From the NCBI GenBank assembly GCA_044222185.1, contig JBGANV010000011.1, positions 113,611 through 177,610 of the forward strand: 64,000 bases of DNA, given 5' to 3'. Shown here piece by piece: positions 1-10,510 of the stretch (positions are counted from its first letter, which is position 1; each line of letters starts with the position of its first letter). A model generated the notes under the pieces. It saw only the letters and a list, made by a program, of their open reading frames with translations, had not been told where the DNA came from and made no database searches. Made by a program: the position numbers and the translations under genes. The stretch is from Planctomycetota bacterium (GTDB taxonomy: Bacteria > Planctomycetota > GCA-002687715 > CAIWVZ01).

Positions 1-2
1 AC

Positions 3-1073
3 GGTGCGTCGGCGACTTTCTCGAACTGCACGATCACCGACAACATCTCAGCGCAGAATGGCGGTGGCGGAGTGACGGTCGTCGGTGGTGCCGCCGTCAC
101 CTTCACGCTGATCACGTGCAAGGTGAGAGGCAACCACACGAACGGAACCGGTGGCGGTCTGAGCCTCGCCACCCAGTTCACGCTCACGAACTGCATGGTC
201 GTCGACAACTCCGCGACGCAAGACGGAGGGGCGGTGTACGCCAACGGCGCCGGCACCATCCAGGCGACGACCTTGAGCGGAAACACGTCGGCCGCAACCG
301 CCGGAGGAATCGTCTGTGTCGCCGGCCTCTCGGTCGTCAGCTCGATCGTCTGGGGCAACTCGGGGATCGACATCCTTCGCGACATCTACGCTCCCTCCGC
401 TTCGGCTCAGTCCGTGAGCTACTCGGACGTCGGCTTCGTCTCGGGGGCGACGTTCGCCAGCGGCGTGATCACCGCCAATCCACGCTTCGTAGATCCCGCG
501 AACGGCGACTACCACCTCGCCGCGTCGTCACCGTGCCGCAACGCCGGCGTGCCCAACGCCTCCGGCTATCCGACGACGGACACGGACGCCGGCCCGCGCA
601 TCGTCGGACCTTCGATCGACATGGGCGGCGACGAGATTCCCGTCCTGGCACTCCCGGGTTCCAACGAGGACGTGGAACTCTACGGCTACGTGAACGGCGG
701 CGGAGACCCGCTCGCGTCGTCGCGCGCGGCCGCCGCGGGAAGCATCGCCAGGCTCCTCATGCGGTCGCCCGGTGGGTCGTTCATCGGAACGACTCCGCTG
801 GTCGTGGGTCTGCTCTTCCCCTCGAACACGCCCCCCGCGCACCCGGCCGGGCTGCCCCAGGTCTGGGTGAGCGGGCCGATCTTCGTCCTCCACGGCGCAC
901 TCGGCGCCCCACCGTTCACTGTGCCGGGCCTCTCCTCGGCGGGGCTCACGTTCGACTTCGCCGTCCCGCCGGGACTCGGCGGACAGACCGTTCGCTTCCA
1001 GGCACTGGTGGTCTCGCCGAGCGCGTTGAACAGCGCGTTCGCGGTCACGAACGCGACCGACTTCATCCTCTGA
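3..1073 (+). CDS. Parallel beta-helix repeat secreted protein with C-terminal module type C (5' partial, starts before the window)
   Basis: Frame is open from base 3. Contains NCTITDN/GGG/SIVWGN repeats and the PRFVDPANGDYHLAASSPCRNAG...DMGGDE motif. Ends PGSNED...RFQALVVSPSALNSAFAVTNATDFIL. Confidence 0.8.
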   Translation, partial: GASATFSNCTITDNISAQNGGGGVTVVGGAAVTFTLITCKVRGNHTNGTGGGLSLATQFTLTNCMVVDNSATQDGGAVYANGAGTIQATTLSGNTSAATAGGIVCVAGLSVVSSIVWGNSGIDILRDIYAPSASAQSVSYSDVGFVSGATFASGVITANPRFVDPANGDYHLAASSPCRNAGVPNASGYPTTDTDAGPRIVGPSIDMGGDEIPVLALPGSNEDVELYGYVNGGGDPLASSRAAAAGSIARLLMRSPGGSFIGTTPLVVGLLFPSNTPPAHPAGLPQVWVSGPIFVLHGALGAPPFTVPGLSSAGLTFDFAVPPGLGGQTVRFQALVVSPSALNSAFAVTNATDFIL

Positions 1074-1100
1074 CGCCAGTCGACGTTCGATTCGACACGG

Positions 1101-1128
1101 CGGCCCGCGGGCACTCTCCCGCGGGCCG
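1101..1128. terminator. GC-rich hairpin between convergent genes (possible bidirectional terminator)
   Basis: CGGCCCGCGGG-CACTCT-CCCGCGGGCCG forms a perfect 11-bp stem. There is no U-tract. Confidence 0.45.
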
Positions 1129-1154
1129 GCGCCTTCACCGAGACACGAACGCGA

Positions 1155-4100
1155 TCACTGGAACGTGACCGACGCCACGTTCGAGTGCCCCGTCGGCGTG
1201 AACGTCGCCGGGTTGAACGTGCTCGTCAGTCCGTAGAGCGTGATGCCGTTCAGGGCCGGCGTCACGGTGAAGGGCGGCAGCACGAACGAGGATCCACCGG
1301 TCGGATCGAGCTGTCCCACGAACGGCGGAGCGCCGGCGAGGAACTGGTCGATCAGATCCGGCAGGCCGATCGTCAGCCCGAACCAGAAGCCCGTGCCAGG
1401 ACTCGTGCCGTTCGTCGGATCGACGGAGAACGCCGAGAAGTACGCGGCGCCCGCGGGTCCGAACGTGTTGACGGCAGCGAGCGAGCCGGTCCCCAGCGGC
1501 TGGGAGAGCGCAAACAGCAGGTCGTACAGCGTGAGCGACGCGGGCGTGCTCGTGACCTGCTGGCCACAGGCGTCCGTGACGACCACCGTGTAATTGCCGA
1601 CCGAGCCGGCACCGACGGACGGGATCGTGAAGGTGCTGCCCGTCGCGCCCGAAATCGGGCTGCCGTTCAGGCGCCACTGGTACGTGAGGAACCCGATGCC
1701 CGTCGCGCTCACCGAGAAGCTCACGGGATGACCGATGACGCCGTTCTGGTTCGCCGGCTGCGTCGTGATCAAGGGCGGCAGGGCGATCACCGTGACCGTC
1801 TGCGTGCACGTCGCGACGTGGTTCGACGTGTCCAGCACGAGCCAGGTGACCTGGCTGGTGCCGGCGAAGAAGACGGGCGGCGCGTTGTTCGAGATCGACA
1901 GGATCCCACAGTTGTCACTGACGGTCGGCGTCCCGAGTGACACGTTCGTCGCGATGCACTGGCCTGGGATGCTGTTCACGGTCACGTTGGGTGGACAGGT
2001 GATCGTCGGCGCGGCGATGTCGACGATCGTGAACGTGGTCGTGCACGTCGTCGTGTTGCTCGATCCGTCCGTCGCCGTGAACGTGATGGTGTTCGGCCCC
2101 AGATTCCCGATCGAACCCGCGGCGGGTGACTGCGTGATCACGACCGCGCCGCAGTCGTCGGAGGCAACGACGCCCGATCGCAGGTCCGGGACCGTCGCAT
2201 GGCACGCGCCGTCGGCGATCGCCTGCGCGCCTTGTGCGCACGTGGTGATCGTCGGCGCCGTCGTATCGAGGACGGTGAACGTGGCCGAGCACGTCGCCGT
2301 GTTGTTCGCCGCATCCGTCACCGTGAAGGTCACGGCGTGCGGGCCCAAGCCGGTCGAGCTTCCCGGTGCGGGGACTTGCGACACGGTGACCGTGCCGCAG
2401 TTGTCCGCGGCGACGACGCCGGCGCGCATGTCCGGGACGGTCGCAGTGCAGGCCGGCCCGGCGGACGCCTGGGCGTTCGGCGCGCACGTCGTGATCACCG
2501 GCGCCGTGACGTCGACGACCGTGAACGTACGCGTGCACGTGGCGGCGTTCGATGCGGCGTCGACCACCGTGAAGGTGATCGTGTGCGGGCCGATGCCCGT
2601 CAGCGTGCCCGCGACCGGCGACTGCGTCACCGTCACGGCACTGCAGTTGTCCGTCGCGACGACGGCCGCGCGCATGTCAGGCACGGTCGCCTGGCATGAC
2701 GCGTTGGCGTTCGCCTGGGTGTTCGAGCCGCAGGACGTGATGGTCGGCGCCGTCGTATCGACGACCGTGAAGATCGCCGTGCACGTTGTCGTGTTGCTCG
2801 ACCCGTCCGTCACGGTGAACGTCACCGTGTGCGGACCGATACCGACTGCGGTGCCCGCCGTCGGCGACTGCGTCACGGCCACGGCGCCGCACACGTCGCT
2901 GGCGATCACGCCGCTACGCATGTCGGGCACGTTCGCCTGGCACGTCGCGCCAGCCGATGCCTGAGCGTTCGCCGCGCAGGTCGTGATGACCGGAGCGGTG
3001 ACGTCGATCACCGTGAACGTGCGCGTGCAGGTCGAGCTGTTGCTCGCGGTGTCGGTGGCTGTCAGCGTCACCGTCTGCGGGCCCAGGCCCACCAGCGTTC
3101 CAGGCGCCGGCGACTGCGACACCGTCACCGCGCTGCAGTTGTCCGTGGCGACGATCGCGGCCCGCATGTCGGGCACGGCGGCCTGGCAGGACGCATTGGC
3201 GTTCGCCTGTGCGTTCACGCCGCAGTTGGTGATCACGGGGGCCGTCGTGTCGACGACCGTGAACACGCTCGTGCACGTCGTGGAGTTGCTGCTCGCATCG
3301 GTCACCGTGAACGTGATCGTGTGCGGACCAATCCCCTGAACCGATCCGATGCTCGGCGACTGCGAGATCGTCACCGATCCGCAGTTGTCCGATGCGACGA
3401 CTCCCGCCCGGAGGTCCGGCAGCGTCGTCTGGCAAGCCGCGTTGGCGCTCGCCTGCGACGCCGGCGCGCAGCTCGTGATCGTCGGCGCGACGATATCGAT
3501 CACCGTGAACGTCGCCGTGCAGGTCGTGCTGTTGCTGGAGGTGTCCGACACGGTGAACGTGACGGTGTGCGGTCCGAAGCCCAGAAGTGTGCCGGGTGCT
3601 GGCGATTGGACGATCGTGACGCTCGTGCATCCGTCCGAAGCCAGGACGCCCGCGCGCATGTCCGGGACCGCGGCCTGGCAGTTCGTGTTGGCGATGCCCG
3701 ATGCGTTGGACGCGCATTGCGTGATGACCGGTGCCGTCACGTCCAGGACCGTGAAGGTCGACGTGCAGGTGGACGAATTCGCGTGCGTGTCCGTCGCCGT
3801 GAACGTGATGGTGTGGGGCCCGACGCCCAGCACGGTTCCCGCGATCGGTGACTGCGCGAGAGTCACGCCGCCACAGTTGTCGGTCGCCGAGACGCCGCTG
3901 CGCAGGTCCGGCAGTGTCGCCTGGCACGTGGCGTTGCCGGCCGCCGAGCTGTTCGGGGCGCAGTTCGCAAACACCGGCGCCTGGGTGTCGTTGACCGTGA
4001 CGGTGAACGAGCACGTCGTCGTCAGGTTCGCGAAGTCGACGGCCGTGTACGTGACGGTCGTCGTGCCCACGGGAAACGGCGCGCCCGGGCTGTGCGTCGA

Positions 4101-5678
4101 CGTGAAGCTCGCGACGGTGCAGTTGTCGGTGGCGGTCGGCGGAGTCCACGAAACGTTCGCCGAGCAAAGGCCGTTCGCGGCGTTGACGACGATGTTGGTC
4201 GGGCACCCGGTGATGACCGGCGGCACCGTGTCACCGAACAGCGACGTGGAGACCACCCACAGCTCGTTGCCGTGCACGCCGTCCTGCGCCTGGAAGAAGA
4301 TGTTGTTGCCGGAGACCTTGAACCCCGCCGGGTTCGCATTGCCGTTGCCGGGGAACACGTCGGCGACGATCAGCGTCGTGGCCAGGGTTCCGTTGGAGTG
4401 GTACGGCTCGTTGCCGATCCCGTTGCCGCCATCGGCGGCGAACATGAGCCCGGAGCCGCAGCCGGTGACGATCGACGTGATGCTCCCCGGGCTCGCGCTG
4501 CCGGATCCCGCGAAGATGTCGCGAACGAGCACCGTGCCGGCATTCGTTCCGTCGCTCTTCCACAGCTCGGCGCCCGTCGAGCCGTCCGAGGCGCTGAAGT
4601 AGGCGACGCCTCCGGACTCGACCATGTTGATGATGCCGGACCCGGGGATCCCGGGGCGGATGTCCTTGACGATCGCCGTGCTGCCGCCGGGAACGGCTTT
4701 CCACAGTTCCAATCCCACGCTTCCGTTGTCGGCCGCGAAGAGGAGGTTTCCGTTCAGCGCGATCATGCTCACCGGGTTCGACGCTTGCGGACCCGGGCGA
4801 ACGTCGAGCGTCACCACGGTGCCGGCAGTCGTTCCGTCCGTCTGCCATAGCTCGTTGCCGATGACGCTGTCGTCGGCCGCGAAGTAGAGCAGGTTCCCGA
4901 CGGCGACGAGGTTCGTCGGCGTCGCGTTGGACGCGCCGGGGCGGATGTCCTTCACGAGCTGCGTGCCCGCCGTGGTTCCGTCCGACACCCAAAGCTCGCG
5001 CCCGAGCACGCCATCCGTTGCGGCGAAGAAGAGCCGCGGAGGATTGCACGCCACGGTGATCGAGGTGGGGTTGCTGTTCACGCCTCCGAGCGGGTCGAAC
5101 GCGATGTCCTTCACGAGCGTGACGTTGGTGCCGTCGAACCTGTACAACTCGATGCCGAAGGCCGTCGGGCCAGCGGCGATGGCGTTATCGGCTGCGAAGT
5201 ACAACGCTCCGTTGTAGACCACGAGTTCGTGGGGGCTGGATCCGGGCGCCCCGGCCGCGAGGTCGAAGACCATCTGCGTTCCAGCGGTCGTGCCGTCGGT
5301 CCGCCAGAGCTCGACGCCGTTGGTCCCGTCCGTCGCCGTGAAGTAGACGAGCGAGTTGAAGAGGATCATGTTCGCGGGCGCTGACGGCTGCGGGCCCGGA
5401 TTGATGTCCTTGATCAGAACCGTGCCGCCTACGGTCCCATCGCTCTTCCAGAGCTCGGCCCCGAGGCTGCCGTTGTCGGCCGACATGATCATCGCGCCGT
5501 TGAAGTTGATGAACTGCGACGGGTTGGACCCGCCGTTGCCGGGACGGATTTCGATGAGCGTCGCCTGTCCGGCAGCGTTAAGCGCCGTCAACGTGATTAA
5601 CGCCGCAACACATGCGGCAACGCGCAGAGTTCCAACGAGCCTGCCGAAACCTGCTGGGAATGACTGATCGCACTGCAT
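1155..5678 (-). CDS. Large surface protein: ELWxxDGT-repeat propeller + 10 HYR-like repeats + Ig domain + C-terminal module type A
   Basis: Signal-like ACVAALITLTALNAAGQ, about 9 ELWxxDGT variants, DxTAPxITxC...DNC...TCT repeats, and an ITTQP...YQWR Ig domain. Start chosen at MQCDQ and is uncertain. Confidence 0.88.
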   Translation of the reverse strand: MQCDQSFPAGFGRLVGTLRVAACVAALITLTALNAAGQATLIEIRPGNGGSNPSQFINFNGAMIMSADNGSLGAELWKSDGTVGGTVLIKDINPGPQPSAPANMILFNSLVYFTATDGTNGVELWRTDGTTAGTQMVFDLAAGAPGSSPHELVVYNGALYFAADNAIAAGPTAFGIELYRFDGTNVTLVKDIAFDPLGGVNSNPTSITVACNPPRLFFAATDGVLGRELWVSDGTTAGTQLVKDIRPGASNATPTNLVAVGNLLYFAADDSVIGNELWQTDGTTAGTVVTLDVRPGPQASNPVSMIALNGNLLFAADNGSVGLELWKAVPGGSTAIVKDIRPGIPGSGIINMVESGGVAYFSASDGSTGAELWKSDGTNAGTVLVRDIFAGSGSASPGSITSIVTGCGSGLMFAADGGNGIGNEPYHSNGTLATTLIVADVFPGNGNANPAGFKVSGNNIFFQAQDGVHGNELWVVSTSLFGDTVPPVITGCPTNIVVNAANGLCSANVSWTPPTATDNCTVASFTSTHSPGAPFPVGTTTVTYTAVDFANLTTTCSFTVTVNDTQAPVFANCAPNSSAAGNATCQATLPDLRSGVSATDNCGGVTLAQSPIAGTVLGVGPHTITFTATDTHANSSTCTSTFTVLDVTAPVITQCASNASGIANTNCQAAVPDMRAGVLASDGCTSVTIVQSPAPGTLLGFGPHTVTFTVSDTSSNSTTCTATFTVIDIVAPTITSCAPASQASANAACQTTLPDLRAGVVASDNCGSVTISQSPSIGSVQGIGPHTITFTVTDASSNSTTCTSVFTVVDTTAPVITNCGVNAQANANASCQAAVPDMRAAIVATDNCSAVTVSQSPAPGTLVGLGPQTVTLTATDTASNSSTCTRTFTVIDVTAPVITTCAANAQASAGATCQANVPDMRSGVIASDVCGAVAVTQSPTAGTAVGIGPHTVTFTVTDGSSNTTTCTAIFTVVDTTAPTITSCGSNTQANANASCQATVPDMRAAVVATDNCSAVTVTQSPVAGTLTGIGPHTITFTVVDAASNAATCTRTFTVVDVTAPVITTCAPNAQASAGPACTATVPDMRAGVVAADNCGTVTVSQVPAPGSSTGLGPHAVTFTVTDAANNTATCSATFTVLDTTAPTITTCAQGAQAIADGACHATVPDLRSGVVASDDCGAVVITQSPAAGSIGNLGPNTITFTATDGSSNTTTCTTTFTIVDIAAPTITCPPNVTVNSIPGQCIATNVSLGTPTVSDNCGILSISNNAPPVFFAGTSQVTWLVLDTSNHVATCTQTVTVIALPPLITTQPANQNGVIGHPVSFSVSATGIGFLTYQWRLNGSPISGATGSTFTIPSVGAGSVGNYTVVVTDACGQQVTSTPASLTLYDLLFALSQPLGTGSLAAVNTFGPAGAAYFSAFSVDPTNGTSPGTGFWFGLTIGLPDLIDQFLAGAPPFVGQLDPTGGSSFVLPPFTVTPALNGITLYGLTSTFNPATFTPTGHSNVASVTFQ
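1780..4230 (-). repeat. Intragenic tandem array of 10 HYR-like units, period about 246 bp (82 aa)
   Basis: The DNC-type motif recurs at about 1909, 2152, 2398, 2644, 2890, 3136, 3382, 3628, 3874 and 4120. Confidence 0.85.
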
Positions 5679-5989
5679 GAAAGGGACCTCTTCGACCACG
5701 CGATGAGCGAAAGGGACACCGGGCCACTGCGCGCCGGTTCGTTCGCCGATGAGAGATAGAAACCCCAACCTGAGCGAGCGAGATTTCTTTCGTAACCAAC
5801 AGGTGCAAAGCAGGTTGACGCATTCTCGGGATGCCCGTTCGGACGGCGATCGGCGCCTCCGTCGCAACGACGAAGAGCGGGGGCGGGGCCGAAGGTCGCG
5901 CACTCCGACGAAGACGGCTTCACACCGGATCAGGCCCCAGGCCCGGCCTCACGCGTCCACCACGCGGAGGCCGGTCCGTTCACGGGGCC

Positions 5990-6365
5990 ATGAACTCGAA
6001 CGGCGCCATCGCAACGCCCGAGCCGAAACCGGAATTCCGGCTCGGACGAGAGCGCGGTCCGAACCGCAGCGACCCATGCGGCGCGCCAGCGCACGAGACC
6101 TCGCGTCGACCCCAGCGCGCCGTGAGACTCGTTGCGCGAGTGGTCCCGCGGCAAATCTCGCGCGGCCGTACCGGTTCACGTCGCGCGGAGTCCTCCGGGA
6201 TGCGGAGGCGCAACGTCCTGCTCCCGTCATGCGCAGGCTCGCATCACCCAGCGTGTGCGGTCGCCACGCGAACCGTTGGAACGCTCGTCACGACGGCTCG
6301 CGAGCCGTTCCTCGGATGCGACGTTTCACGCCATGCCGTTCCCGGTCGACGAGGAGCCGGTCCTG
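5990..6365 (-). pseudogene. Possible highly decayed REP-associated tyrosine transposase (RAYT/Y1) remnant
   Basis: Fragments PRRPGTAW, NRYG...GPL and LVRAGI...RWRRSS occur in RAYT order across frames. No intact HUH motif. Confidence 0.3.
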
Positions 6366-6480
6366 CCCGTCGATGGGCACGGGCCCTTGGCCGCTGATCG
6401 CGCTCGGGTGGCGACGCGACGAGCACGGCGGTCCCGATGACAGGCGGGCAGACGCCGGAGGACACGTCGTGCCCGCGCCG

Positions 6481-8595
6481 TCACGGCACGTTCAACACGC
6501 GATCCTGCGAGATGTGAAACGCGCCATTCGGCGCCGACGTGTCCAGCACGAACCCCTGGAAGTAGAGCGTTGTGCCCGACGGCAAGCCCGTAGGACCGAA
6601 CGTGTACGTGAACGTGTAGAGGCCGCATCCATCGGTCGCCGCTGACGGATTCGGCGATGAGAAGACACCGGGTCCGTCGGCGAGCGGCGCGAACGGCGCG
6701 CCGAGCGACACGTTGATCGTCCCGAGGGCGCCCAAGCTCGTGGGGCCGGGCTGCGTCCCCGCGAGCAGAAGCACGAGCCCGCCAACCTTCGAGCTGAGGA
6801 TCGTCGCGCCGAACGTGGAGTTGGCGGTCCCGTGGCCGGCGAGCGTCAGGTTGGCGGACTGAGGCACGAGCGCCTGTCGCACGTAGCGCGTGGTCGTGAG
6901 CGGCGCGGCCGAGCCCGGCGCGTTGAACGACGTCAGGATCCCCGAGTTCCCCGACGGCGACTCGATCCCGCGTGTGGCACTCGCCCCACCGTCGGTCGTC
7001 TGAAGGATCGTCGTCGACACGGTGCCAGTCGTCTCGTCGACGATGATCTCGAACGACTCGGGATTGGTGGTGCCGAACCGGTAGACGCCCGACCACTGCA
7101 CGGCGAAGCGGCGATTGGGCGGCTGCCCGACGACGCCCCAGGTGATGCTCCCGCTGCCGGGAGGAGCTCCGACGTGAAGGTCGTCCCAATATCCCGCGAT
7201 GAAACCATCGGGGGCTCCACTCGTCGGGATCGCCACGTTCTGCCAGAGGTTGCCCGCCGTCGACGGCATGTAGAGGTAGCCGTTCGTCGAGATGCCGATC
7301 TGCGTCAGCGTCATGTCGAAGAACGGCAGCGCGAGCCCTCCGGGAAGCGTGACGACCATGCCGATGTCGTCGCCCGTCGGGCCGGGCTGTCCCACGCCCG
7401 TCAACACGACGTGATCGAACGGGACTGACGGGTTCTGCGTGTAGACCGTGGCCGTCGGCACCACGGGCGGCGGCGGGCACGAGTACGGCTTGTAGGGAAT
7501 GAGCGTGAACCCTGTCGGCGCACCGCCCACGGCGATGAACGCGAACGTGTACGTCGTCCCCCATCGGATGGCGTTCGCCGTCTGGTTCTGGAGCCACGTC
7601 TCCCCCGCCCATGAGATGGACGAACTCGTGATCGTCGGCGTCCAGTCCGTACCCGAGATGGTCTCGCCCGAGTGGTAATCGACGTCGTGGAAGTAGGCGC
7701 CGAAGACCTGGGTTCCGGGAGTCAGGTCGACGTGGAACTCCTGGCACGCACGTTCGGAGTTCAAGTTGTGGACGGCGTAGACGACCGTCTGCACGCCGGG
7801 GCTCCACGTCGTGACCTTGCGCCCGACGATGAAACGCCCGTCGGGAACGTCGACGTACTGGATCGTCACCAGCGGATCGTAGGCGGCCCAGGCTTCGATG
7901 GCCGCGTGCTGCTGGACGGTCGAACCCGTCAAGGCGAGGGTGTAGTTCCCCGCCGTCCCGCCAACGGTGCACGGACGCCACGACGCGTTGTTCGCGGTGT
8001 TGCCCGCCGTCGCGTCGTCAGGCGTGACGTACTGCCCCTCGGCGATGTAGACGGCACCTGCATTTACCGCCGGATCCAGGTCCGATTCGTGGACCTGGAG
8101 GCGACGGTCGATGATCGTGGCGAACGGCGGCGCGGAGAATGGATAGGGAAACACGCCCGTCGTGGGATTCACCTGCGAACGAGGCCCGAGGATCGGCTGG
8201 TTTCCATTGGTCCCCGAGCCGTAGGGATCGGAGCACCCGACGCCCATGATCTGGCTGTTGTTCGGGTTCTGGCACGTGCCGCAGAGGTTGCCCGTCGACG
8301 AGCCGAATCCGTGCTTCACCCACGACATTCCGACCTGCTCGAACCGACCGTTCAGGATCCGGAACAAGCTCTGGGAGATGGCGGGGTGGTGGTTCGTCGC
8401 GGCCTCCCACGGCATGGGCTGGCTGCCCACGTTGCACGACGTCGTACCGAGCGCGAAAGCGGCGATGCCGCCGATCGACCCGTAGTTCGTGGGCGCGGTG
8501 AGGTCGCCGACGATGACGTCAGGACCCACGCCTTGAGCGAGCGATGTGAACGCCGTGACGGACGCGACGGTGAGCGCGGCGACGATGGGTTTCAT
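6481..8595 (-). CDS. Secreted Cys-containing protein (GPDVIVGDL...GTTSCNVG type) with C-terminal module type D
   Basis: Signal peptide MKPIVAALTVASVTAFTSLAQ, 704 aa. Ends TLYFQGFVLDTSAPNGAFHISQDRVLNVP. Confidence 0.85.
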   Translation of the reverse strand: MKPIVAALTVASVTAFTSLAQGVGPDVIVGDLTAPTNYGSIGGIAAFALGTTSCNVGSQPMPWEAATNHHPAISQSLFRILNGRFEQVGMSWVKHGFGSSTGNLCGTCQNPNNSQIMGVGCSDPYGSGTNGNQPILGPRSQVNPTTGVFPYPFSAPPFATIIDRRLQVHESDLDPAVNAGAVYIAEGQYVTPDDATAGNTANNASWRPCTVGGTAGNYTLALTGSTVQQHAAIEAWAAYDPLVTIQYVDVPDGRFIVGRKVTTWSPGVQTVVYAVHNLNSERACQEFHVDLTPGTQVFGAYFHDVDYHSGETISGTDWTPTITSSSISWAGETWLQNQTANAIRWGTTYTFAFIAVGGAPTGFTLIPYKPYSCPPPPVVPTATVYTQNPSVPFDHVVLTGVGQPGPTGDDIGMVVTLPGGLALPFFDMTLTQIGISTNGYLYMPSTAGNLWQNVAIPTSGAPDGFIAGYWDDLHVGAPPGSGSITWGVVGQPPNRRFAVQWSGVYRFGTTNPESFEIIVDETTGTVSTTILQTTDGGASATRGIESPSGNSGILTSFNAPGSAAPLTTTRYVRQALVPQSANLTLAGHGTANSTFGATILSSKVGGLVLLLAGTQPGPTSLGALGTINVSLGAPFAPLADGPGVFSSPNPSAATDGCGLYTFTYTFGPTGLPSGTTLYFQGFVLDTSAPNGAFHISQDRVLNVP

Positions 8596-8682
8596 GAGTG
8601 TCCTCGGGAGGGCCGCGAGTCTACCCGGGAACCCAAAGGCGTGCCGTCGATGCGGGAATGGCCGCCGCGTTCCGCACCGCCG

Positions 8683-10134
8683 TCACTGGATCGTCACGCG
8701 AAGTCCGTTCGATGCGGAGAAGACTCCGTTCGCCGCGCCAGGGTCGAAACCCGCGTACTGGAACCAGATCTGCGCCCCTGCGGGGACGGCGGGCGGAAGC
8801 GTCCAGCCGATGGAGTAGGCCCCGACCGCATTCAGCGTGACGTAGAGCGGCGGGAAGATCGTTCCGCCGAGCAGGAGCGTGCAGCCCTGGATCGGCGTCG
8901 CGCCAGCGGCCGTCGCAAGCAGCAGCACGCCGCTCCCGAGCACCTGCCCGTTCGTGACGTCGACGCCCGCGACGTGGTTCGGCCTGGGATCGCCGAACGC
9001 CGCGAGGATCGGCGTGCGGTTCGCGCTCCCGGGACAACCGACGCCATAGGTCGACGTGGGCTCGTTCCACTTCACGACGTTCGCCGACCCGGTGCCGTCC
9101 ACGCTCGAGAAGATCCCGCCGACGGCCAGGTCCACGCCCCACGGGGACAACGCGTACGCCGCCTGCACGGTGCCGCCGCTCGACATGTAATTGGCGACGG
9201 GTGACCACGCGTAGCCATTCCACTTCGCGACGTTCGCCGCGGGAAGCCCGCCGGCCGTCGTGAAGATGCCGCCGGCGATCAGGTCACCGGCATAGGACGT
9301 CACGGCCAGCACGTAGCCATACACGCCGCCTCCGATTCCGGAGCCGAAGCCCGACCAGCTCGTGCCGTTCCACGCCGCGACGTCGTGGGCCGGGACTCCG
9401 CCGGCCGTGGCGAAGAGCCCTCCAACGACGAGTTGCCCGTTCCAGTTGGTGATCGAATACGGGATGTTGTTGATGCCACTGCCGAGTGCGGACCACGCCG
9501 TGCCGTTCCACTTGGCGACGTGGCTCGCCGGGTTTCCGCCGGCCGACGTGAAGAAACCCGCGGCGATGAGATCGGCGCCGTAGGTGCCGACGGCCATGAC
9601 CTGGCCCTGCGTCCCGCCGGACCCGCTGCCGAGCGGCGCCCAGTTGTTGCCGTCCCAGCTCGCGATGTGATTGGCGGGCCCGTTCGCGTCGGTGAAATAA
9701 CCGCCAGCGATCAGCTTGTTGTTCCACACGCCGAGGCACTGGACCTGGGAGTTCATTCCGCCCTCGAGGTCGGTCCATGCCGTGCCGTCCCAACTCGCGA
9801 TGAAGTTGACGTTCACGGCGCCCGCGTTCACGAAGCTGCCGCCGGCGATCAGGTTCCCCTGGTAGACGGTGAGCGCCCAGACGTCTCCATCGAGACCCGA
9901 GCCGAGCGCCGACCACGACGTTCCGTTGAATCGCGCGATGTGGCTCGCCTGAACGCCGCCGGCCCAGGTGAACTTGCCACCGGCGATCAGATCGCCGTTC
10001 CAGACCGTCGTGGCGTACACCCAGTCGCTCACGCCGCCGGCGAGCGTGGACCACGTCTGCGCTGGTGCGGATGACAGGACGACGCACGTGACGACCGCCA
10101 CTGCGGCTGCGCGGCAGAACTGAACGTGACTCAT
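8683..10134 (-). CDS. Secreted beta-propeller (WSALGSG / LIAGGxFTxAGG repeats) with C-terminal module type D
   Basis: Seven repeats of L(I/V)AGGxF...A.WNG..W. Tail reads YGVGCPGS...WFQYAGFDPGAANGVFSASNGLRVTIQ. Confidence 0.88.
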   Translation of the reverse strand: MSHVQFCRAAAVAVVTCVVLSSAPAQTWSTLAGGVSDWVYATTVWNGDLIAGGKFTWAGGVQASHIARFNGTSWSALGSGLDGDVWALTVYQGNLIAGGSFVNAGAVNVNFIASWDGTAWTDLEGGMNSQVQCLGVWNNKLIAGGYFTDANGPANHIASWDGNNWAPLGSGSGGTQGQVMAVGTYGADLIAAGFFTSAGGNPASHVAKWNGTAWSALGSGINNIPYSITNWNGQLVVGGLFATAGGVPAHDVAAWNGTSWSGFGSGIGGGVYGYVLAVTSYAGDLIAGGIFTTAGGLPAANVAKWNGYAWSPVANYMSSGGTVQAAYALSPWGVDLAVGGIFSSVDGTGSANVVKWNEPTSTYGVGCPGSANRTPILAAFGDPRPNHVAGVDVTNGQVLGSGVLLLATAAGATPIQGCTLLLGGTIFPPLYVTLNAVGAYSIGWTLPPAVPAGAQIWFQYAGFDPGAANGVFSASNGLRVTIQ

Positions 10135-10510
10135 GGCTGGGCTCCTCGATCAGATGGCAAGGCGTGACCTTCTGCGGGGCCCCAATCAGCAAGGTGCGGG
10201 CCGTGGCGCGAACGCACGGCGCAGCATTCTCGGCCGCGGAGTCTCGGGAACCGGTCGCGACACGGCACGTTCGCGCGTCGCCCGGAGCCACAGGTCGGTT
10301 TTCGCTGGGGAAATCGGCTGTCTCGATGACGGCCCGAGCCTTCTTGCCGCGCGCCCTCCAGCATCGGAGGCGGCCAAGGTCGAGTCTCATGCGCGCCTGC
10401 GGCGTGCGAGTGCACTCCGGTTTCACCAGACTCCGCGTAAGAAGTGCGGAGCGGGACGCACCAAACGGGCATACCCGGCTCGAAGCCCGCGCACACGATT
10501 CGGAGTCTCC

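Noticed and set aside
1780-4230. Regular 246-bp periodicity considered as a CRISPR or non-coding array
   Set aside because: The units are degenerate, in-frame protein repeats with no constant repeat and unique spacer structure.
1735-4602. Long plus-strand ORFs (1735-2964, 3349-4602) and many other Arg-rich overlapping ORFs
   Set aside because: They are antisense or alternate-frame shadows of real high-GC genes and have no recognisable motifs.
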